Source: an uncultured Bacteroidales bacterium (lineage in GTDB: Bacteria > Bacteroidota > Bacteroidia > Bacteroidales > GCA-2748055). From it: a stretch of DNA of 64,000 nucleotides. Positions 1 to 10,347 of this stretch are shown piece by piece (position 1 is the first letter of the stretch; every line of letters starts with the position of its first letter). The position numbers and the translations under genes are program-made. The stretch spans positions 1,550,299 through 1,614,298 of the forward strand of contig CAVYRO010000002.1 of the NCBI GenBank assembly GCA_963771005.1. The letters run 5' to 3'. The notes below the pieces were generated by a model. It saw only the letters and a list, made by a program, of their open reading frames with translations, had not been told where the DNA came from and made no database searches.

Positions 1-2562
1 ACCCTTTCTTCGGATGTTTTGTTATCATACGACCGGTATATACGACCCGCCGGATACCAGATCGTTTTCGGAGAGGCAGAATTGGAAAATCATGCCCTTG
101 ATTGCGCCCTGTCTGTGGATGAAAAATGGCTGGTGGTCCAGGAGAGGTATAGTCTTGTATTTATAAATACCGCCACGAAAGAGGTTGCTTTCCGCTTTCC
201 TCTCAGCGATATTCCGGGATTGAAAAATGCGGAATTCACCTATTCGGGAGTAACCTGGCATAAGGAAGGTGAGGATATCACCGTATGGTGCAGTGCATCG
301 GGAGAAAACAACCGTTGTTTTCTTATTGAGACCACCTGGGACGGTGAAAAATGCAGGCTGAAAAAGTACTTTACCTACATGCCTGAACCACCCGCAGGAC
401 TAGCACTGCCCAATGAAATGCTGTTCAGGAAGGAACCGGATGGGGACCGGCTTTACCTGGTACTCAATGGGAATAACCAGCTACTTAAGCAGGATCCGGA
501 AACCGGAGATACAATATGGATCGCTCCCACCGGGGTCGCTCCGTATGGCATTACCATGGCAGCAGGCAGGTTGTATGTGACCAATTGGGGCGGCAGGGTC
601 CCCGGGAAAAACGAGAAAAATGTGGCGGGGGTGCCCTGGGGTCTTGCACGGGTCGACCCAAATACGGGTGCTGTAAGCGAAGGGAGCGTCTCCGTTTATG
701 ACCCGGACACCGGAAAGTTGCTCCGGGAGATCGTGACTGGTCTTCATCCAAACGAGATCATCTCGTCGTTCGACGGTAAGTATGTTTATCTTACAACATC
801 CAACAGTGATGAGGTTTGCGTCATCAATACCGGGACGGATACTATCACGGAGATTATACCGGTGCGCCTGCAGCGAGATATCAACAATTATTTCGGGGAT
901 TCTCCCAACGGGCTCGGACTCGCGCCAGGCGGTAAAGAATTATATGTGACCAATGGCATGGATAATGCAATTGCTGTGATCAGGCTCGGTAAATCCGCCG
1001 CGTCCCGGGGTCATGGCCGCAGAAGTGAAATCAGGGGATTCATTCCCACCGGGGCCTATCCTTCTTCGGTCGTATTTTCATCTGACCGGAAAATCTATGT
1101 GACCAATCTCGAAGGTGATGGAAAATACCTTCCCGTCCCCGCCGAAGTATCAGCAAATCTTGCATATAACAGTCATCATATGCTGACTTCCATTTCCATT
1201 ATCCCGACGCCCCGCAAGTCAGAGCTGAAGGAGCATACACGAACGGTGATCACGGTGAACCAGCTCTCAAGGATCGAACAGGCCGGGCTGCCACCCCGTC
1301 CGGATGCCAAACCGGTCCCCGTACCGGAAAGAACGGGTGAGCCCTCTGTTTTTAAACATGTACTCTATATTATAAAAGAAAACCGGACCTATGACCAGGT
1401 CCTCGGTGATATGCCGTCGGGTGACGGAGATTCCACACTCTGTGTTTTCGGGGAGAAGGTGACCCCGAATGCCCACAGCCTTTCCAAAAATTTCCTCCTG
1501 CTTGATTATTTTTCAGTCGCCGGTAAATGCTCGGCCGAGGGGCATCAATGGACGGATGCATCTATTGTAACGGATTACATTGAGAAAAATATGCGGGCCT
1601 GGTTCCGGAGTTATCCGCATGTCCAGACCGATGCGCTGGTTTATGCGCCTACGGGTTTCCTGTGGGACAATGCCGTAAAACACAATGTCAGTGTGAAGAT
1701 CTATGGTGAGGCGGCCATTCCCGAATTCGACAGGTCGCTAACCTGGAGCGATCTGTATGATAGGCATCTGAAAGGCCAGTCGTTCGAATTTACGAACAGA
1801 ACAACCATTGATCCGGTCCGGAAGATACTCAGCACGACCTTCCCTTCGTATGACAGCCACAGGATCCCGGATCAGCTTCGGGCAGACATTTTCATCCGCG
1901 AACTGGAAGAATATGAAAAAATGGAAGGTGACTCCCTTCCCCAACTCATGGTGATGGCTCTTCCTAATGATCACACTGCCGGGACTCAGCCGGGCCTCCC
2001 CACCCCAAGAGCAGCGGTTGCGGATAATGATCTGGCCCTGGGGCGCATCATCGAAGCATTGAGTCACAGCCGCTTTTGGAAAGAAACCGTCGTCTTGGTG
2101 ACGGAAGATGATTCTCAGAACGGATGGGATCATCTTTCCCCCTACAGGACGGTCGGCATCGTCGCAAGTCCGTATTCCGTCATGAATAAGACAGTCCATA
2201 CCATGTACAATCAGCAAGGGATGGTTCGAACCATTGAACTTATCCTGGGGCTGCCGCCTATGAATATTGAAGATGCCATTGCATCTCCGCTTTATGACTG
2301 TTTTCTTGACACCCCTTCGGATGCCACTTACACTGCCGTCCCTAACCAAATCCCTCTCGATGAGTTGAACCCCCCGCTTTCTGCGCTCAGGGGTCCTTCC
2401 CTTCATTTTGCCAGGCAGAGCCTTTTGCCCGAATTCGAGCATATCGATGGGGGCAACGATGACTTGCTGAACCGTATTCTCTGGTATTCACTGAAGGGAA
2501 ATGCACCGTATCCGGTGAAATATGCGGGTGACGGGAAGGAAGTTGCGGATGGCGATGAATGA
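1..2562 (+). CDS. beta-propeller (YVTN/YncE-like) fused to phosphoesterase-family (phospholipase C/acid phosphatase type) domain; 5' end probably outside the window
   Basis: Frame 1 is open from base 1 to the stop at 2562, and the first possible start (TTG at 19) has no signal peptide. Propeller-blade motifs are RLYVTNWGG, YVYLTTSNSDEVCVINT, ELYVTNGMDNAIAVI and KIYVTNLEGDG. C-terminal phosphoesterase motifs are HVLYIIKENRTYDQVLGD, ALPNDHTAG and VLVTEDDSQNGWDH. Confidence 0.7.
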   Translation, partial: TLSSDVLLSYDRYIRPAGYQIVFGEAELENHALDCALSVDEKWLVVQERYSLVFINTATKEVAFRFPLSDIPGLKNAEFTYSGVTWHKEGEDITVWCSASGENNRCFLIETTWDGEKCRLKKYFTYMPEPPAGLALPNEMLFRKEPDGDRLYLVLNGNNQLLKQDPETGDTIWIAPTGVAPYGITMAAGRLYVTNWGGRVPGKNEKNVAGVPWGLARVDPNTGAVSEGSVSVYDPDTGKLLREIVTGLHPNEIISSFDGKYVYLTTSNSDEVCVINTGTDTITEIIPVRLQRDINNYFGDSPNGLGLAPGGKELYVTNGMDNAIAVIRLGKSAASRGHGRRSEIRGFIPTGAYPSSVVFSSDRKIYVTNLEGDGKYLPVPAEVSANLAYNSHHMLTSISIIPTPRKSELKEHTRTVITVNQLSRIEQAGLPPRPDAKPVPVPERTGEPSVFKHVLYIIKENRTYDQVLGDMPSGDGDSTLCVFGEKVTPNAHSLSKNFLLLDYFSVAGKCSAEGHQWTDASIVTDYIEKNMRAWFRSYPHVQTDALVYAPTGFLWDNAVKHNVSVKIYGEAAIPEFDRSLTWSDLYDRHLKGQSFEFTNRTTIDPVRKILSTTFPSYDSHRIPDQLRADIFIRELEEYEKMEGDSLPQLMVMALPNDHTAGTQPGLPTPRAAVADNDLALGRIIEALSHSRFWKETVVLVTEDDSQNGWDHLSPYRTVGIVASPYSVMNKTVHTMYNQQGMVRTIELILGLPPMNIEDAIASPLYDCFLDTPSDATYTAVPNQIPLDELNPPLSALRGPSLHFARQSLLPEFEHIDGGNDDLLNRILWYSLKGNAPYPVKYAGDGKEVADGDE

Positions 2563-2670
2563 ATGAAGGCCGCACCCTCAAAGTACAACCAGACCGGGTT
2601 AAGTCCGGAAATATGAGGATGTTCAAAGAGGAAAGCGGCAGAATTCCCTTGTATAAAAAATTACCTGTTG

Positions 2671-3450
2671 CTATTTCTTCTTTTTAGCAGCGGCCAGCTT
2701 ATCCTTATGATATGCCTTTGCAGCGACGGCAGCTCCGATAATGCCGGCTTCGTTCAATAATTCGGCAGGTACGACCTTCGCCCTGGTTTTGAGAAAGCTG
2801 AAGAACAGATCGTCCTTTTTGCTGGCTCCTCCGCCTATGATGATCAGGTCCGGCCAGGTGAGATCCTCAAGCCTTCGCAGATATTCGCCAAAACGCTGTC
2901 CCCAGTCCTCCCAGCTCAGATCGTCGCTTTTGCGGGCCGCATCGGAAGCATATCTTTCGGCATCGTCTCCGTGAAGAATGATGTGTCCGAGCTCAAGGTT
3001 CGGCATCAGCCTTCCTCCTGTGAACATGACCGTCCCAAGCCCGGTTCCAACGGTAATCAGGGCAACAACCCCTTTAAATCCGGCACCCGCACCGAATTTC
3101 ATTTCCCCGTAACCGGCTGCATCCGCATCATTAAATACCCGTACCGGACAACCCGTAACCTCAGAAAACAAGGCATCAATATCCTTGTTGATCCATGACG
3201 GGTCGATATTCGCAGCAGTACGCGCGATGCCGTTCTGCACCACGCCCGGGTATCCGACTCCGATAGGACCTTCCCAATGAAAATGTTTGACGATCTTCTT
3301 TATGACCCGGGCCACCGATTCGGGTGTAGCCGGAAGTGGGGTGGGGATCCTGTAACGTTTCGTTTTCAGGCTACCCTTCTTTGTGTTGACAATCGCTCCT
3401 TTTATACCTGAACCTCCGATATCAATTCCCAGGACCTTTTTGTACTTCAT
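2671..3450 (-). CDS. ppgK: ROK-family (polyphosphate/ATP) glucokinase
   Basis: [21 protein letters not shown] is an N-terminal ATP-binding loop. GVGYPGVV and [10 protein letters not shown] are ROK-like motifs. The ATG at 3450 is preferred over the upstream alternative start at 3495. Confidence 0.7.
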   Translation of the reverse strand: MKYKKVLGIDIGGSGIKGAIVNTKKGSLKTKRYRIPTPLPATPESVARVIKKIVKHFHWEGPIGVGYPGVVQNGIARTAANIDPSWINKDIDALFSEVTGCPVRVFNDADAAGYGEMKFGAGAGFKGVVALITVGTGLGTVMFTGGRLMPNLELGHIILHGDDAERYASDAARKSDDLSWEDWGQRFGEYLRRLEDLTWPDLIIIGGGASKKDDLFFSFLKTRAKVVPAELLNEAGIIGAAVAAKAYHKDKLAAAKKKK

Positions 3451-3532
3451 CGTTCGTAAGGTTAATTTATCGATAGAGATGATAAAAATATTCAATTAAT
3501 TTAAATTAATCACCCAAAACCTGCGTTTAATT

Positions 3533-3780
3533 CGGTTGTTTGAAATGGTTTGAGATGGTTTGATATGGTTTCAGGGAGTTTAACCACAGATTACACAGAT
3601 TATCACAGAAAAAGCTGTTCCAGATTGTTTGAAATGGTTTGAGGTTGTTTGAAATGGTTTCAGGTGGTTTCAGGTGGTTTCAACTCCATTCAACAAATCA
3701 ACAAGTCAACAAATCAACAAATCAACAAATTCTTCCGTGTTCCTCTTCCTCTTCACCAAATCACCAAATCACCAAATTTG
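3533..3780. repeat. composite microsatellite block (10-bp GTTTGARATG units, CACAGATTA units, 8-bp TCAACAAA units, 8-bp CACCAAAT units); inverted copy of 49938-50171
   Basis: The tandem units were read directly. The reverse complement of 3533-3610 matches 50038-50100 (ctgtgataatctgtgtaatctgtggttaaac..cctgaaacca). The reverse complement of 3730-3780 matches 49938-50000 (tttggtga...gaagaggaagaggaacac). Confidence 0.8.
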
Positions 3781-3911
3781 AAATACTTCAGCGTGGTACG
3801 GTCGGGATTCTTTCATTTGGTGGATCCACTGGGGGCCGAATCTGTTTTTTGAAAAATATATATTAACGGGCATGCAAGGAATTATCAAAAATATTTCTAA
3901 ATTAGTTTTCT

Positions 3912-4364
3912 GTGTATCTGTTAGATAAATTTAATCCTTATGACAATTCTATTCTGATGAATGAAGATTATTTTGGGAAATACGAATGGAAAGGTAAAAC
4001 TATCCTGATCGTCGAGGATGATCTTTCAAGTTCTTTTTTTCTGAAGGAAATACTCCACGATACTGAAGCCGATCTGCTCTTTGCATCAGACGGCAGGCAG
4101 GCGATAGAAACAGTAGAAGCCAATCCCGCTATCGATATAGTCCTGATGGATATTCAGCTTCCTGTATTAAACGGCTATGATGCCACGAGGGAAATAAAGA
4201 AAAAACATCCTTTTCTGCCCGTAATCGCACAAACAGCCTATGCTTTTAAATCTGACAGGGAGAAATGCATGGCGGCAGGCTGTTCCGATTACATAGCAAA
4301 ACCCATCCAAGCCGGAGATTTACTCAATAAGATAAATGCCATTCTTTTTCCCGAAAAAGGATGA
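3912..4364 (+). CDS. stand-alone response-regulator receiver (CheY-like) protein
   Basis: KTILIVEDD, DIVLMDIQLPVLNG and YIAKP are receiver-domain hallmarks. The start is uncertain: GTG at 3912 or ATG at 3957. Confidence 0.8.
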   Translation: MYLLDKFNPYDNSILMNEDYFGKYEWKGKTILIVEDDLSSSFFLKEILHDTEADLLFASDGRQAIETVEANPAIDIVLMDIQLPVLNGYDATREIKKKHPFLPVIAQTAYAFKSDREKCMAAGCSDYIAKPIQAGDLLNKINAILFPEKG

Positions 4365-4399
4365 AACCGACCTTCTTCCTCATTAATTCACCCTATCAT

Positions 4400-6826
4400 C
4401 TATTCCTGTTCTCCCGCCTTTCCCGGAGGTATAAATTTCATGGTGAACTCTCTGTGTTCTTTCACCCCGCTATCCGAAAAATAATCTGTTTTGTATCCGT
4501 AAGCCAGGTATTTTTCCGTCTGGCTGCAATAGAAGGGACTAGCTGGTATCCCGGAGATCCCGGTCGGAAGAATGACCTGCGATCTGTCCCAGTCGCCCGC
4601 CACAAAAATATGCCGGTGCGATGAGCCAAAATCGGCTCTGAAGAGATCGGTTTTCGGATAGGAATACGGGCTGACAGTATGATAGCTTCCTCCCACAGGG
4701 AATGGACCCTTGTTCAGGCCGAAGATCCCGCTTAACAATTTCACTTTTCCCAGCGGGTGTTTAAGTGTAAGGGTATGCACCTCTCCCCATTCCCATTCCT
4801 GCATATCCTTTCCCAGTCGTTTCTGCAGTTTATATACGGTGCTGTCGATGGCAGTGATGGCTACATCACAAGCTGTTTCGGTCTTTCCGGGTGTACTAAC
4901 ATTGTCGAACCAGACTGACCGGCCAGTATGTCTTATTTTGTCGATAAGGTATTCAGCCAGGAGATCCTGATCCAAAAGGCTTTTATACAGTTCGTCACCC
5001 AGTTCATCATAAAACATGGCGTGCAGGAATTCAACATAAAACTGTTCAAATATTGTCGATGCCACGCTGGCTGTTCCCATGTCGTAGTCCCAGGTCCGAA
5101 GGATATGCATAGCTCTCTGGACTTCTTCAGGCTGACTACCGATACGGGCTGTCATCACCGAATCAAAGAATGGCACCAGTTTCCCTGCCCAAATTGAATT
5201 CTGGTTTGACTGTATATCCTTGAAATCCCTTACAGTGAGTTTTTCTTTTGAAGACAGGCCTTCAACAATACGTTCAAAGCGGTTGGGGAGGTCAAACCAG
5301 CGACTGATGTAATAGGGATAATCATCACCCACAGTCCTGTTGTTAGCCGAGGCCAGATAGCCCGATTCCGGGTTGTAACTGTAGGGCAGCCTCTCAAAGG
5401 GAACGATACCCTTCCAGTCATATTCTGTGGTATCACCCGGAACGATGAATATTCCCTTTCCGGATCGAACCGGAATTCCGGCAGCCGTTTGCAGGCCGAT
5501 ATTCCCTTCCCGGTCGGCATAAACGATATTCTGGCTGATCGCGATGAAGGAGGAAGCCGCCTTTCTGAAATCCTGCCAGTTCTTCATCCTGTTGAAGCCG
5601 TAGACAGATTCGATCTCATTGCTGTATTCATTCCCGATCCATCTCATAGAGATAACCTTGTCATCTATCCCCTTAAATTTTGAAATGACAGGCCCCCTGT
5701 GTGTGAACAGGTTGTATACGATGACGGAATCCCCGCCACTGACACGGATCACTTCTTTCTCAACCCTGAAATCTTTCCATTCACCATTGAGCCTGTATTT
5801 TGTAGTATCATCAGGGTTCACGGTTTCGAGATAAAAATCCATATCATCAAGCATCACATTGGTCATTCCCCAGGCCACATCTTCATTGTGACCGCAAATG
5901 ACAAAGGGTGCACCAGGCAACACCACACCTGCCACATCAACCTTTCCGGGTACTTTTTGCTGCATCTGGTACCAGATACCCGGTGCATTCAGCTCCAGGT
6001 GCATATCATTTGCCATGAGGGCATGGCCGTTAGCACTTCTCCCGGCTGAAACGGCCCAGTTATTAGAGCCAAGAAACACTCCCAGGCCCAAATCCCTGAT
6101 CTTCCTGTCGGCCGCTTCCAGTCCGGATATTGCTTCCAGGCCGTGTTTTTCCATGAATTGCGGAAAGATCACGGACTGCTGCATGGAAAGGTCTGGTACC
6201 AGCTCCGCAAAATGTGCATTATCCACACCCTGCCCTATTTTGTAAAGGTTGATCTCGGCACTCCATGCCATCGTCAGTCCCCAGGCCATATACCCTATGA
6301 GATTGGCGGAATGCTGGGGCTCCCATTTATCCGGCTTGTAACCCAGGATTGTGAATTCAGGCGGCAGGCTGCCGGAGTGATCGTCAATATACTGGTTAAT
6401 GCCTTCGGAAAAGGCTTGCAGACAGGCAAGAACCTCCTCATTCGTTGAGTCAAGAACCATAGCGGATTTCTGGCTGAAGTGAAGAGATCTGAACAGCTGA
6501 TCAACATTTACCAGGCTGGGACCAAACAACTCGGAAAGCCGGCCTTGCGTGAGTCTCCGCAGCAGATCCATCTGCCACAGACGGTCCTCTGCCATCAGGT
6601 ACCCTACAGTGCGGTAAAGATCATCCTCATTTTCTGCAAAAACATGGGGCATGGCAGTACTGTCCCGGAATACGGTCACTTCCCCGGAAAGACCGCCGAG
6701 CGTTATATTTTTATTATAATCCGGAAGCGCCCGGTGTGAGATCCTTTTCACAAGGATTATCCCGGCAATCGACGAGATGCCGGTAAGGATCGCAAGAGTG
6801 AGAAAAATTAATTTTACAGCTCTCAT
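4400..6826 (-). CDS. penicillin acylase family (Ntn-hydrolase, peptidase S45) protein
   Basis: 808 aa with a signal/anchor. GSNNWAVSAGRSANGHALMANDMHL contains the Ser-Asn-x-Trp nucleophile region typical of penicillin/AHL acylases. Confidence 0.8.
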   Translation of the reverse strand: MRAVKLIFLTLAILTGISSIAGIILVKRISHRALPDYNKNITLGGLSGEVTVFRDSTAMPHVFAENEDDLYRTVGYLMAEDRLWQMDLLRRLTQGRLSELFGPSLVNVDQLFRSLHFSQKSAMVLDSTNEEVLACLQAFSEGINQYIDDHSGSLPPEFTILGYKPDKWEPQHSANLIGYMAWGLTMAWSAEINLYKIGQGVDNAHFAELVPDLSMQQSVIFPQFMEKHGLEAISGLEAADRKIRDLGLGVFLGSNNWAVSAGRSANGHALMANDMHLELNAPGIWYQMQQKVPGKVDVAGVVLPGAPFVICGHNEDVAWGMTNVMLDDMDFYLETVNPDDTTKYRLNGEWKDFRVEKEVIRVSGGDSVIVYNLFTHRGPVISKFKGIDDKVISMRWIGNEYSNEIESVYGFNRMKNWQDFRKAASSFIAISQNIVYADREGNIGLQTAAGIPVRSGKGIFIVPGDTTEYDWKGIVPFERLPYSYNPESGYLASANNRTVGDDYPYYISRWFDLPNRFERIVEGLSSKEKLTVRDFKDIQSNQNSIWAGKLVPFFDSVMTARIGSQPEEVQRAMHILRTWDYDMGTASVASTIFEQFYVEFLHAMFYDELGDELYKSLLDQDLLAEYLIDKIRHTGRSVWFDNVSTPGKTETACDVAITAIDSTVYKLQKRLGKDMQEWEWGEVHTLTLKHPLGKVKLLSGIFGLNKGPFPVGGSYHTVSPYSYPKTDLFRADFGSSHRHIFVAGDWDRSQVILPTGISGIPASPFYCSQTEKYLAYGYKTDYFSDSGVKEHREFTMKFIPPGKAGEQE

Positions 6827-6836
6827 GGCATGAAAG

Positions 6837-7889
6837 TTATTTGGACAAAAGAATTTTCATAATAACCGGCTGATGATCTGATTCGGCAAAACCCCGGCTA
6901 AGTGTCCGGATATATTTCAGCTTTACATTGGGTGACAACAGGTAAAAATCGATCACGGTTGTGGGTGTTTCCCCCAATTTGTATGGTACAGCCACCCTCC
7001 GGTTGGAGGGTCTCGAAGGATCGTACGCCCAGATCCAGTCCTTGGGCAGAAAATCTTCCGGGATCAGCGAAAGGTCGCTGTCATCAAAAACATCTTTTTT
7101 AAAATCGGGCGAAAAACCGGGAGGCGACTGGTTCCAGTCCCCTCCGACAATGATATAATTTCCTTTCCGGTATTCATCCAGCAGAAAAAGCCGGAGATAT
7201 TTCATTTGCATTTTCCTCAATGAACCATCATCATAAGCGGAATTATGGGTGTTTATGACCAGGAGTTCCTTGTCATCTTTCATCCTGTAACGGTTTACAA
7301 GAAAACACCTGTCGAGCATGAAAAGATTCTTGGGCCATGCGTAATTGCCAGGGAAGCTCCATCTCACGGAAGACCCGGGTCTGAACCTGCTCAATATCTG
7401 GATACCTGAATTGACCTTCCCCATCGGATTGCTGAAAGGGACAGGAACGAAAAATACACTGTAATTCTTACCGTAAAATGACCAGTATCCCCTTACCGAA
7501 TTCCGGATGCTGTCATATTCATTAATATGATAACTTCTTTTGGAATTCCGGTCCACTTCCTGGAGAAGAATAAACTCAACAGTATCGTTGCTTTCGAGGA
7601 GGGAAAGCACTTCCGCAAGGCTCTTCTTCACATGGCTCTCCGGGGGCCTGACATGACTGCCGCCGTCATAAAAAAAATCCATGGTCGAATCCAGCCCGCA
7701 ATACCCGACATTCCAGGTCATAAGATCTATTTCCTGCCATTCCGGGACCATTTCCGGCTCTTCGGATGCATAGACTTCCGTTTTTTCGGGAGGTGTAAAG
7801 TTGCTGAGGGTGGCGGCAATGATCAATGCCGTAAAAAGAAGAGCAATTGCAATGACCACGTAAAGCAGGATCCTTACTATTTTTTTCAT
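6837..7889 (-). CDS. endonuclease/exonuclease/phosphatase (EEP) family protein, membrane-anchored
   Basis: It has an N-terminal TM helix. LMTWNVGY, LLQEVD, INTHNSAYD, GGDWNQ and SDHQPV are EEP catalytic motifs. Confidence 0.65.
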   Translation of the reverse strand: MKKIVRILLYVVIAIALLFTALIIAATLSNFTPPEKTEVYASEEPEMVPEWQEIDLMTWNVGYCGLDSTMDFFYDGGSHVRPPESHVKKSLAEVLSLLESNDTVEFILLQEVDRNSKRSYHINEYDSIRNSVRGYWSFYGKNYSVFFVPVPFSNPMGKVNSGIQILSRFRPGSSVRWSFPGNYAWPKNLFMLDRCFLVNRYRMKDDKELLVINTHNSAYDDGSLRKMQMKYLRLFLLDEYRKGNYIIVGGDWNQSPPGFSPDFKKDVFDDSDLSLIPEDFLPKDWIWAYDPSRPSNRRVAVPYKLGETPTTVIDFYLLSPNVKLKYIRTLSRGFAESDHQPVIMKILLSK

Positions 7890-7928
7890 GGGGTTCAGGC
7901 AGGTTAAGGTTATTTTGCATATAGCATG

Positions 7929-8633
7929 TCAGGCGGAATCTCCGTTTATGTCCTGGCGGAGACAGCCTGCCGCAATCAGGTATTGTGCGGCAACATATGT
8001 GACCATTATAAAGATCCGCGCAAAATCAATTTTTTCATAAAAATGGGTGATGGCGATCATGGTATCGGAAAAGACAAACACCAATGCACCGATGGCAACA
8101 AGCATATAACTCACCCCATTCACTTTACCATACCGGTTAAGCGCCGCCGTGAGCATGGTAAGGATGGCAATGCCGTAAATGATTACCGGAACCCTGAAAT
8201 TTCCCAGCCGGTTATATATCAACCAGATAATAAGAAATCCATAAGCTGCAACCAGGAATAACTGGTATATTCTTCTGCGGAATATTGTATTCTTTCCCTT
8301 TGGCAGGGTGAATGCGACTGTATAGAGAACCTGGGTGAGGAAATAGGCACCTATCCCCAGCAGGAACCAGCTTTCATTATCCAGGAACGGGGGTTCTTCC
8401 ATATTGGAGAACTGAAGGAGCAGATCACCCAACCATGAAAAAAACAATCCCGCTAATATAAGTTTCTGAAGAAGACCCGGATCTCCTAGGATCTTCGACC
8501 GGAAATACCACATCAGCGAAGGAATGATCAGCGCCTTTGCTATGAGGGCCGGAAGAAAGGAGTTGAATTGTTCGAGGATGATGAAGAGAATGCCAATGGA
8601 GAAATACCAGAGGGAAAAGGTGGACTGTTTCAT
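7929..8633 (-). CDS. YhhN-family (lysoplasmalogenase-like) membrane protein
   Basis: 234 aa and polytopic. LAGLFFSWLGDLLL and FVFSDTMIAI resemble YhhN/TMEM86 motifs. Confidence 0.6.
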   Translation of the reverse strand: MKQSTFSLWYFSIGILFIILEQFNSFLPALIAKALIIPSLMWYFRSKILGDPGLLQKLILAGLFFSWLGDLLLQFSNMEEPPFLDNESWFLLGIGAYFLTQVLYTVAFTLPKGKNTIFRRRIYQLFLVAAYGFLIIWLIYNRLGNFRVPVIIYGIAILTMLTAALNRYGKVNGVSYMLVAIGALVFVFSDTMIAITHFYEKIDFARIFIMVTYVAAQYLIAAGCLRQDINGDSA

Positions 8634-8959
8634 TCCGGGAGTAGTTTATAGCCTTGCCTGTTCAATTCGGTAATTATGTTGTCGAGGCAGTTTTTTATCC
8701 AATGGGCTTACCTGTTAAAAAATCGATGAAAAAAGCCGCGAAACAGCAACTATCTCCGATCAAACGTTTAAAATTAACACTTTTTTTCACTATAAGGCAA
8801 TAATTGAAGAAAATACAAGATCAGAAAAATATTCTTATATTGCTTTCATAAAAAGGGATATATGTTCCTGAAGCCTGTAGATCATTTTTTCAATTCCTGA
8901 GGAAACCCATTGAAGGTCAGTTGCCATAAATGGCGGACTTCCCAATAAAACTCTAGTAA

Positions 8960-10294
8960 ATGAAAAGCATCCTATCTCCTCTTCTATTCCTGGCTTTTCT
9001 GAGTTCCCCATCACTCCACGCACAGGATAATGAAAAAAATACATCAAGGACTAAAACAGGCTGGACCTTCGGTGCCGTCCCAGCCATTGCGTACGATTCG
9101 GATATCGGTTTCAGGTACGGAGGCCTTGTAAATTTTTACGATTACGGAAACGGTTCAATTTATCCTAAATACAGGCATTCTCTCTATCTCGAATGGTCCC
9201 GGACGACCAAAGGCAGCGGGACCAATCAGTTCACGTATGATTCGGAATACCTGATTCCCGGAGTCCGGACATCGGCGGAGGTCAGCTACCTGACAGAGCA
9301 GGCATTGGATTTTTACGGCTTTAACGGGTACAATGCCTACTACAATTCAGCTTTTGAGAACGATACCGATCCGCTGTACAAGTCCAGGATGTTCTACCGG
9401 ATGGACCGGAAACTGCTGAGAATAAAGTCCGATTTCATGGGCAGGATAGGTGATACCCATTTAAACTGGCTTGCTGGCTTTGCCCATTATGGGATAAAAG
9501 CGGATTCTGTTGATATTGAAAAGCTGAATAAGGGCAAATCAGCTGAGGAAAGGCTTCCTTACGTAAGTGGTGGACTTTTTGAAGATTATGTGAAATGGGG
9601 GCTCATCCCCGCAGAACAGGCCGATGGGGGAAACACAGAACTTCTTAAGCTGGGACTTGTGTACGATACCCGCGACAATGAACCCAATCCGATGAAAGGG
9701 TTATGGACGGAGGTCCAGTTTCTCTTTGCCCCGCGATTCCTGGGGAATGGGGACCTGAATTATTCGCGGATCGCCATAACCCACCGGCAGTACTTCACCA
9801 TTCTTCCCGAAGTCATGAACTTTGCCTACCGTCTGTCTTACCAGGCCAGGCTGGGCGGCGATATGCCTTATTATATGCTTCCTTTCGTTTTCAACAGCCC
9901 CCCGGGCCTTACCCGGGACGGTCTCGGGGGAGGAAAGACCGTCAGAGGCGTGCTCCGGAACCGGGTCGTGGGGGAGGATTTTTTCTACGGTAACCTTGAG
10001 CTTCGTTACAAGGTGATCCGGACCGTCGTATTGAATCAGAACATCTATATTGCCCTTGCAGGTTTCCTGGATGGAGGATTGGTCACAGGGAAGTATAAAC
10101 TTCCCTTTACCGATAACCCGGAAGCACGGGCATGGCTGTCACACGGAGAGGAGGAAAAAATGCACCTGGGATACGGGGCCGGATTGCATATCGCCCTCAA
10201 TGAGAATTTTATCGTCACAGCCGATTACGGAATGGCCGCCGATCCCAGGGATGGCGACCATGGATTGTATATCGTCCTGAATTTTTTATTCTGA
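8960..10294 (+). CDS. outer-membrane beta-barrel protein (Omp85/surface-antigen-like)
   Basis: It has a signal peptide (SLHAQ), alternating beta-strand pattern, a terminal aromatic (NFLF) and YDTRDNEPNPMKG, a motif typical of Omp85 barrels. Confidence 0.5.
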   Translation: MKSILSPLLFLAFLSSPSLHAQDNEKNTSRTKTGWTFGAVPAIAYDSDIGFRYGGLVNFYDYGNGSIYPKYRHSLYLEWSRTTKGSGTNQFTYDSEYLIPGVRTSAEVSYLTEQALDFYGFNGYNAYYNSAFENDTDPLYKSRMFYRMDRKLLRIKSDFMGRIGDTHLNWLAGFAHYGIKADSVDIEKLNKGKSAEERLPYVSGGLFEDYVKWGLIPAEQADGGNTELLKLGLVYDTRDNEPNPMKGLWTEVQFLFAPRFLGNGDLNYSRIAITHRQYFTILPEVMNFAYRLSYQARLGGDMPYYMLPFVFNSPPGLTRDGLGGGKTVRGVLRNRVVGEDFFYGNLELRYKVIRTVVLNQNIYIALAGFLDGGLVTGKYKLPFTDNPEARAWLSHGEEEKMHLGYGAGLHIALNENFIVTADYGMAADPRDGDHGLYIVLNFLF

Positions 10295-10347
10295 CCCGCA
10301 TGGCATTTGAAAGACAGCTGTTGAATTGACCCATACCCGTAATACGT

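Noticed and set aside
1738-2442. A long antisense ORF (234 aa) inside the phosphoesterase gene. Similar shadow ORFs occur at 23729-24244, 34771-35313, 35097-35762, 42677-43513, 49374-50030 and 53780-54121.
   Set aside because: They lie fully inside, and antisense or out of frame to, strongly supported genes. Their composition is biased (Arg/Pro/Ser/Gly-rich) and I recognise no motifs. They are typical shadow ORFs.
3639-3866. Two overlapping 67-75 aa ORFs (..NQQVNKSTNQQI.., ..HQITKSPN..).
   Set aside because: They are translations of the microsatellite block. Their periodic peptide sequence is produced by the 8- and 10-bp DNA repeats.
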